From a virus: 64,000 bases of DNA. Each line of letters opens with the position of its first letter. The stretch's first letter is position 1. The stretch is from IMG/VR virus record IMGVR_UViG_3300043449_002450, positions 1 to 64,000 of that record. One strand, 5' to 3'. This document shows, one piece after another, positions 57,445 through 64,000 of the stretch. The notes beneath the pieces are model-generated. The model searched no databases. It was not told the DNA's origin and saw nothing but the letters and a program-made list of their open reading frames with translations. The translations under genes and the position numbers were made by a program.

Positions 57445-60413
57445 AAAGCAGAATACTTAATGTTTCGCCTCGTCCCTATCTAAGAGACTTAGATTCCAAA
57501 AATGTCTTACCCGCAATTGTCAGGACAGGATATCAAAATGAGATTGGATCAAAAAATGAGCCGTTCAATGATGCTGATGTTTTAGTCTACACATCAAGTC
57601 AAGTCATTGCGCCCTACATGATCCCATCGGCATCTGCAGGTTTTACGACAGGCTCTCTAATTTTCACAAGCAACATTAAAGATTCAACGTCATACCTTGA
57701 CAAGCCTGTCGTCAATGGTGTGCTTTCACCGTTTATTGAATATTCAAATCCCGCAGGTTATAACTTAGGTTCTGAAGATAAAGGTTTCCCGCAAAACACA
57801 TATCCGGGTTTTTCGTCTCCTGAAAAAGATAAAATTGCCATAACAATCGACATAACACCCAGCGCTGAGAAAAAACTTACACGTCTTAGTAGAGCTGACA
57901 GCATATCAGGATCTGCGGCTGGCGAGTTTTATGATTCAACACACACAGGATTTGCTTATTTCAACTTTGTAAATAAGACATGGGACTATGTCGGTGAGAC
58001 TGATCCTGTAACAGGAGCGGATCTAAATTACACTTCTATCTTGACTTCGTCTGATGCTAGAATGACAAGCGGTCATAGAAAGATGATGTCGCAGTTTTGT
58101 AGCACACCTAACGTTGCAGGATCAACTAATCCTGCTGCGGGTTTAGCGCCTACGACTGTTAGCCAGCAATATGATAGAGGCTACGATAAAATTGGTGAGC
58201 CAACCTCAATGTTTGAGGCACCATACGCACCGCGCTATCATGCTAATCAAAACCAAACAATCAAACTTTCAGACTACATTAAGCATCCAATTGTTGTGGA
58301 CAGATTCTCAGTCGAGCTTCCTGTTAAATCTAGAAGAATTCAAAATCCACCCGTAGATGCCACTTGGTCAAGAGACACTGGATTTGGACGAGATATTGAT
58401 AACTACGTTGTCTTCCTATACACACAAAATAGATCAAATGCTGTCAAAGACAGCATAACGGATGTCTCAAGTAGCATAAGAAATCTAGTAGCTAGAAAGT
58501 CATTCTGCTTCTATAACACACAGACATTTTCTTCTGGCCTACAAGCACAGCCTATAATACATGATGCAGCCTACTCTGCGTCATTTAGCATGACATCAAC
58601 TCAAGCCAAGACGGCAGGCGTTCGCCAGATAGAAGAAATTGATGCAAATGTCTATATGACATTTCGGCCCACAACATTTAATCAATATTATGGTGGACAA
58701 TCAAAATACGGCGCATTTAGAGAAAATGCTTCATCAAAAGACAACATCATACTGCAGCATTTTTGGCGCGGCGGACAGTATGCATCTGGTTCTACAAATG
58801 ACAGCTTTGTTCGATGGGGATCGTCGACCTACACGTTAAATAAAATGGCAGGCTATGAAGCTGAATCGGGCAGCATGAACCAGAGCCTTGTTGCTACCGT
58901 CCCAAGCCAGCGGGCGCTTATTAGCTCATTTTGGAAATCATCACAAGATACAAGAACAGATACAGCATGGACTCCTGATGCTAAAATATCAACAGAAATT
59001 TCATGTAGTGTCGAGACGCCAATTATTCTATTTCCTGAAGACGAGCTAGTCCTCGGAATCGAGTCAGGTGTTCATCCAAATACAGCATTTGTTAATTCTA
59101 CAGGAAGCGGCTTAGATGAATCATTGTTTAACGTCACAGGTTCAGTGCTCACCATCAAACAAGAGAATGCTAAGATTGTAATCTATGGATCTCTTGTGCA
59201 GAATGCAAAAGAACTTTTGCCCAGTCTAAACCAGCATCTCGGCTCAGCGGCTGTCAGCGAGGATATACACTATAACAACTCAGTTGTAGATCAATATGAT
59301 GTCTATCCGCGTGCTTATTACTCGGCTTCATACATTAATAACATCATAAACGGATCTAATCTTCCTAATAGAAGAAGAATTGGTAATTTCACTGACGTAA
59401 ATCCCGCTCAAAGCATTTCAAGAGGTTATCTAACATATGCAAATACACAATTCACGGGTTCATTTTCGAGAAATTTAAAGATCTTTGATCAAGATGTTGT
59501 CTTTTATGATTCAATGACACCTGCGCCTAGCGCAATTGCAGCTGGAATTACAAGCGCATCAGCCAATTTGACAGCCTCATACACAGGATCTGCTGGCTCT
59601 CAAACGTTAATCAGCGCGTCAGTGCCGCCATCTAGAGTAAGAATTGATAGAATATTTGTTGATACAGATGTTACGGTTAGTGTATTTCCTGCCGTAAACA
59701 TAGACATACCAGTTTTTGCAATCCAAAATATCAAACCAGGCGAAAATACTTATGATGTTGGAGGCGTGTCTGTTAAATTCATTAGTAATGATAAAAGATA
59801 TTTTAGAAATGCTTTTGCTTACGAAACAAGCACAGAAAATACGCAGAGGAGTAGAGAAATTGAGCTAGAGCTCATAAGAGCACCACTAACAAGCTTGTCT
59901 CCGATCGCGTTTGGTGTAACATCAGTTCTTGGAAGAGGCGACGCAGCACGTGCTTTGCTTTATTATGATTCTTCATGGCATCCTCTTTTCAATGACTTTG
60001 AGCCCGATATTGATCCTCCTTTTAAATTCAACTACGGTGCAGGCGCAGCATCAATACGTTATGGCCTTTCTAACATACGTCTAACACCACCAACATACGT
60101 TTTTAAACGAGATCATTATGGCTTTGTTCGAGACATGCTAGAACAGTCACGCGATTCTAGAGCACAATATCTAGTTGGATCAAAGCCAGTTGTTACAGAT
60201 AGTGTCGTTATTGCTGAGTTTGTTAGTGCATCATCGGACATTAAAGCTGACCCATACAGGACTCAGTGTAATAACGTCAGTAGATTTTGTACATCGTCTG
60301 TTCCTTACGATGATGGACGTGTTAGAAGCAGAGGCGCTGTTCCTGCTGTAACATTGTCAATTGGCCCCAACAATCTCATTTTTGGTGTTACAGGTAGCTT
60401 TGGATTCAAATAG
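57441..60413 (+). CDS. Large hypothetical structural protein (SGS/SAS-rich)
   Basis: 990 aa; C-terminal FKRDHYGFVRDMLEQ; structural context. Confidence 0.75.
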   Translation: MKSRILNVSPRPYLRDLDSKNVLPAIVRTGYQNEIGSKNEPFNDADVLVYTSSQVIAPYMIPSASAGFTTGSLIFTSNIKDSTSYLDKPVVNGVLSPFIEYSNPAGYNLGSEDKGFPQNTYPGFSSPEKDKIAITIDITPSAEKKLTRLSRADSISGSAAGEFYDSTHTGFAYFNFVNKTWDYVGETDPVTGADLNYTSILTSSDARMTSGHRKMMSQFCSTPNVAGSTNPAAGLAPTTVSQQYDRGYDKIGEPTSMFEAPYAPRYHANQNQTIKLSDYIKHPIVVDRFSVELPVKSRRIQNPPVDATWSRDTGFGRDIDNYVVFLYTQNRSNAVKDSITDVSSSIRNLVARKSFCFYNTQTFSSGLQAQPIIHDAAYSASFSMTSTQAKTAGVRQIEEIDANVYMTFRPTTFNQYYGGQSKYGAFRENASSKDNIILQHFWRGGQYASGSTNDSFVRWGSSTYTLNKMAGYEAESGSMNQSLVATVPSQRALISSFWKSSQDTRTDTAWTPDAKISTEISCSVETPIILFPEDELVLGIESGVHPNTAFVNSTGSGLDESLFNVTGSVLTIKQENAKIVIYGSLVQNAKELLPSLNQHLGSAAVSEDIHYNNSVVDQYDVYPRAYYSASYINNIINGSNLPNRRRIGNFTDVNPAQSISRGYLTYANTQFTGSFSRNLKIFDQDVVFYDSMTPAPSAIAAGITSASANLTASYTGSAGSQTLISASVPPSRVRIDRIFVDTDVTVSVFPAVNIDIPVFAIQNIKPGENTYDVGGVSVKFISNDKRYFRNAFAYETSTENTQRSREIELELIRAPLTSLSPIAFGVTSVLGRGDAARALLYYDSSWHPLFNDFEPDIDPPFKFNYGAGAASIRYGLSNIRLTPPTYVFKRDHYGFVRDMLEQSRDSRAQYLVGSKPVVTDSVVIAEFVSASSDIKADPYRTQCNNVSRFCTSSVPYDDGRVRSRGAVPAVTLSIGPNNLIFGVTGSFGFK

Positions 60414-60431
60414 TTAGATTAGAGGATTGAG

Positions 60432-61373
60432 ATGGGTTTCTTAAACTCTAAGACTAGGATCATGGACGTTGTGATGACTCCCCTTGGGCGTGCATCTCTA
60501 GCGACAGGAGGATTGACTGTATCATACGCGTCATTCACAGATGGCCAGACATATTACGATGCAAGCAGCATAAGCGGATCCTATGATGACGCAGTTGATC
60601 GTGTCTTTTTGGAAAGTCCACCATCGCTTCCTCAAGACACGTATGCAATTGTGACAGACGACACCGGACAGATAATTCCTGTGGACGCATTTGGGACTAA
60701 AGTTACCGCAAAAGGAGATCTATTCCAGGGAGGAAAGGATGTCACCCGCCTTAATAATACGGGATCATTCTCTTCAGCTATCAGCAGTGTGACCAACTTA
60801 TTTCAAGATTCGATGAGATTTGGCACAATCATCGCGTCTAGAGATCCACTTGATGATCACCCAGATTTGATATTATCGACTACAACGGCCTCATTTCAGA
60901 TAAATAACTCTGAACCATTTGATCTGGATGACAAGCCAATCTCAGTTAACGCTGCGCCAAGCCTTTTCTTTGATAAGCGCCTGACGAACTTTGCACAGTT
61001 CACATATTTGCCGCCCACTGTTAAAAAAAATGATGTCTATAGCAAGCTAGGCAGATACAAAAATATAAAGTCACACGACAGATACACTTACAACGATTTA
61101 AAAAATGACCTACAGGGAAAAAGCGGCACACCCAAGCGGCAAAGAGTCGACATAGAGATAACAGACACATCAGAAACTAATGATATTGTTATCCAGCTAT
61201 TTGAGACAAATAATAATGGAATTATTAAGTTGGATGCTGTTGATTACGGCCAGTTCGTGGATTCGAAAGACAGAGATCATCCAAGCAAGAGAGTCATATT
61301 TTATGGCAAGGTATTTGTTGATGAGACAGGCTCTCCAACATTCGTCAACTTGTTTACCATGGTAATTGACTGA
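60432..61373 (+). CDS. Putative baseplate/structural protein
   Basis: N-terminus MGFLNSKTRIMDVVMTPLGRASLA..YASFTD resembles tail-associated proteins of large phages. Confidence 0.72.
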   Translation: MGFLNSKTRIMDVVMTPLGRASLATGGLTVSYASFTDGQTYYDASSISGSYDDAVDRVFLESPPSLPQDTYAIVTDDTGQIIPVDAFGTKVTAKGDLFQGGKDVTRLNNTGSFSSAISSVTNLFQDSMRFGTIIASRDPLDDHPDLILSTTTASFQINNSEPFDLDDKPISVNAAPSLFFDKRLTNFAQFTYLPPTVKKNDVYSKLGRYKNIKSHDRYTYNDLKNDLQGKSGTPKRQRVDIEITDTSETNDIVIQLFETNNNGIIKLDAVDYGQFVDSKDRDHPSKRVIFYGKVFVDETGSPTFVNLFTMVID

Positions 61374-63298
61374 TGCCAACAATCCAACAAGATCAAGTAA
61401 GATTTCCGCTAACATTTGATAGTGGCGACTTATTCTCAATAGTAACACATAGAAACGTGGGAGAGATTACATACTTCACTTATAGAATTCCTCTTGTGTA
61501 TGATGTCAATGTTGAAATTGATCCATCTTTGACCATGCAGGTTAGGATAGTAACAGAGCAAAAAAGAAATCCAATCAAGAACATCACAAAAAAGTCTCTT
61601 CTGAATGGGACAGCTTTAAAAGATATTAGAGCTCAGCCCGCAAATAACTTTTTTACGCAGAATTTATCTACATCTCATGTCACAATACCCTACGTTGATC
61701 TAGTAAAGAAAAATCTAACATATGACATTGAGATCCCTATTACGGATATTAAGAATCAAATAGTATTTCAAAATGTTCTGCTTGATAAGGATGGTGTTTT
61801 TTACATAGGAAGTTCTATAACAATAAATCACGATGATAAATTAACGTTATACGATGTTGCAAAGAATAACTTTGATGTTAGAGCGGGATTTTTAGATGAT
61901 AACACAATTGCCGTGTCTGCCGTCTCTTTTGATCCCCTAATAGGAAAATTTAATTTTTATGTGAAAAATGAGACGCAGATTGATTCTAAGACATCATACT
62001 ATGAATTAATTTCATCTAGCGACTTAGATGGTAAGGGCATTGCAACAATTAATTTTAATATCGAAAAAGGGCAAAAGCTAATTTTTGCTGTAACGCCTAA
62101 CACAAAGTTTAAGAACACATCTATGTCTCAAATGAGAGAAACTGAGGTGGGAAGTAGATATAATCACATCATCTTGCCGTTCTATATGTCAGGAATAAGT
62201 GATGTTTTTCTACGATTTACAATTTCAAGTGTATCAAGCTCTGTAAAGCGTGTCTTGCTTTATAGGCAAATTTATGGAAGCAATAAACGAGAATATATCG
62301 CTTATGCTGACAATAAAGGGACAGATATCATAATTGATGATCCACAAAGACTTACAAAGTATGACGCTGTCTACACATTAGATTACATTGACAAAGATTC
62401 TGTTCTTAAGACATCGCCTAGCCAAGTTTTTGTGCCAAGCTTAAAGCTTAACACGCTTGCTAATATTGCGGCGAGTGTTGTTGATCAAAAATTCTATGAG
62501 GATAGAGTAACAACAAAATTTGATATTAAAGTTAATTACAATAATACTACTGCGTTCGACCAAATCGTCAGTGACTTAAAAAAGATCGGCCTAGACAATC
62601 TTTTTGATGAAGATCTGAAGAAGATGACAAATAACATTAAGCCGCTTATCAGAGTCCTTGCATCCAGGATAAATTTGAATGATGGCACTCAAGAAGAGTT
62701 AGGAGTGATTGAGCCAGGTGAAGTATCCTACGTAAATAGCACACGTGATTCATATCAGTATCTCTTTGAGATCGCGATAAGGTCTGCGCCCGAGCTAATG
62801 GAGAACCTCGCATCGAGCCAAAGAGTTTTATCAAATATTTCTAGAGACTCTAGAGACATAGTTGATACGGCAACAAAAACTATTGCAACAAGATTTAAGC
62901 AAGGACAAACATCTTTTACTGCCAAGTTTTTGTCAAAGGCATCTTTAAGCGATTCATTGCTAAAATATGGCAATGCAGCCTCAGGAATAGATCTAGGATA
63001 TTACTCTGGTCGAACAGGAATATTCTCTAGTATTTCAATAGCTAATCTTGAAAAAAGTATATTAATTAGCGATGTCACTTACCAGAAAATAAATACAGGT
63101 GGAATCTTGACATGGAAGTTTACCGGCAATCCCATCTATTTTAATGTGACTGCGGGTGGTATAACTAGAAAAGCGGCCATAACCAGCAACAGAACGTGTG
63201 TGTTTTACTTAGATTCATCTATCAAGGGTCAAGTTACTATTAGATCTGTGTCTAAGTCAACTGCACAAAATGCCTATGCTTCCACGGAGATCTCTTAA
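61373..63298 (+). CDS. Hypothetical beta-rich structural protein
   Basis: 641-aa coupled ORF. Confidence 0.72.
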   Translation: MPTIQQDQVRFPLTFDSGDLFSIVTHRNVGEITYFTYRIPLVYDVNVEIDPSLTMQVRIVTEQKRNPIKNITKKSLLNGTALKDIRAQPANNFFTQNLSTSHVTIPYVDLVKKNLTYDIEIPITDIKNQIVFQNVLLDKDGVFYIGSSITINHDDKLTLYDVAKNNFDVRAGFLDDNTIAVSAVSFDPLIGKFNFYVKNETQIDSKTSYYELISSSDLDGKGIATINFNIEKGQKLIFAVTPNTKFKNTSMSQMRETEVGSRYNHIILPFYMSGISDVFLRFTISSVSSSVKRVLLYRQIYGSNKREYIAYADNKGTDIIIDDPQRLTKYDAVYTLDYIDKDSVLKTSPSQVFVPSLKLNTLANIAASVVDQKFYEDRVTTKFDIKVNYNNTTAFDQIVSDLKKIGLDNLFDEDLKKMTNNIKPLIRVLASRINLNDGTQEELGVIEPGEVSYVNSTRDSYQYLFEIAIRSAPELMENLASSQRVLSNISRDSRDIVDTATKTIATRFKQGQTSFTAKFLSKASLSDSLLKYGNAASGIDLGYYSGRTGIFSSISIANLEKSILISDVTYQKINTGGILTWKFTGNPIYFNVTAGGITRKAAITSNRTCVFYLDSSIKGQVTIRSVSKSTAQNAYASTEIS

Positions 63299-64000
63299 AT
63301 GCCTATTCAAAAGTCTTCTACACGTCTCATTGCACAAAATGAAGGAAGCGGAAAGGCATCTGCTATTGCTAAGAGCGAGATTGGTTCTAGTCAATCTAAA
63401 TTAACAAGAGAAGATTTGACCACAAACTTGTCAACTGCAGGCGTCGCTGCAAATATTGATGCTAATAAATTGGCAGGTAACGATGTAGTCAAGTTAAAAA
63501 AAATAAATGACTCGCTTTCAAAAAGTTTAGCGATTCTACAAGAAGAAGATGAGAAAAAGAAGTCAAAAACTAGAGTCAGTGACGACCAGCTATCAGGAAA
63601 AGGAAAAGGAAAAGGAAAAGGAAAGGGCAAAGGGGAAAAAGGAAAAGATGGCAAAACAGGAAATTACATACCTCCAGAAGTAAAAAGCACAGCAATAACG
63701 CTAAGCCCAACTGATTATGATGTCTACTTGACAGGATCAGGCGTCAATAGTATACAGCCTGTCATCATTGCCGACGTTCCATTTAACAACTACTTCAACT
63801 CAGAAAGTCCTGCTTACGATATTGTGACACTTCAGCAAGGGCTAAAAGATGATACAGTCTTGATAGCTGATCAATTGGTAAAGAACTATTTTAGATCAAA
63901 CTCTGCAAGATTTGCCGCACTAAAGCAGATAAGCGATAAAAATATTTCTTTTTACAATACAGCTGTTAATTCTGTTGCCGATATTGCTGTTGCTTCAAGG
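63299..64000 (+). CDS. 5' part of hypothetical protein (runs off the window)
   Basis: ATG immediately after the TAA at 63296-63298; frame open to the edge (MPIQKSSTRLIAQNEG...). Confidence 0.75.
   Translation, partial: MPIQKSSTRLIAQNEGSGKASAIAKSEIGSSQSKLTREDLTTNLSTAGVAANIDANKLAGNDVVKLKKINDSLSKSLAILQEEDEKKKSKTRVSDDQLSGKGKGKGKGKGKGEKGKDGKTGNYIPPEVKSTAITLSPTDYDVYLTGSGVNSIQPVIIADVPFNNYFNSESPAYDIVTLQQGLKDDTVLIADQLVKNYFRSNSARFAALKQISDKNISFYNTAVNSVADIAVASR

Noticed and set aside
1-64000. Bacterial chromosome or prophage interpretation
   Set aside because: There are no ribosomal or core housekeeping genes and no integrase or att site. Host-like genes are interleaved with baseplate, fibre and phage sigma genes.
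1-64000. Stop-codon reassignment (alternative genetic code)
   Set aside because: Long conserved genes are intact in code 11, and TAA, TAG and TGA all end genes at coupled junctions. Only one suspicious stop (56642) was seen.

Overview
This 64 kb window looks like part of a large (jumbo-type) tailed dsDNA phage with a contractile-tail baseplate. It uses the standard genetic code, is densely coding and is almost entirely on the + strand. No rRNA, tRNA, CRISPR array or transposase was seen. Layout: (1) 1-5.2 kb, a GC-rich arm of small early-type genes with repeated extended -10 promoter/RBS cassettes. (2) 2.8-10.4 kb, unrelated proteins sharing an N-terminal 'M(K/S)(I/V)T..LR.(L/I)I.E' tag, two also with a C-terminal 'E..RW..LAGI' tag. 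These resemble capsid-targeted internal head proteins. The block straddles a GC drop that carries palindromes and a TTCCCGGGAA intergenic repeat family. (3) 10.4-17.6 kb, a yeaH-spoVR-prkA triad, a degenerate GroEL-like chaperonin, an Hc1 histone-like protein and a free-standing sigma region-4 protein. (4) 17.7-27.4 kb, three fibre-like proteins and PIN-PhoH. (5) 27.5-46 kb, a glycan locus with about ten glycosyltransferases, gmd, fcl, a ugd-like dehydrogenase, an epimerase and four methyltransferases. (6) 46.2-64 kb, a gp55-like sigma factor and the baseplate/structural module. Top hypotheses: a tag-based virion cargo system linked to a candidate late promoter ATAN(G/T)TA(G/T); a split sigma (sigma2 plus sigma4); virion glycosylation on [ST]-[GA]-S motifs; and a phage-borne PrkA/YeaH/SpoVR plus chaperonin module. 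All family calls come from motif recognition by eye, not database searches.
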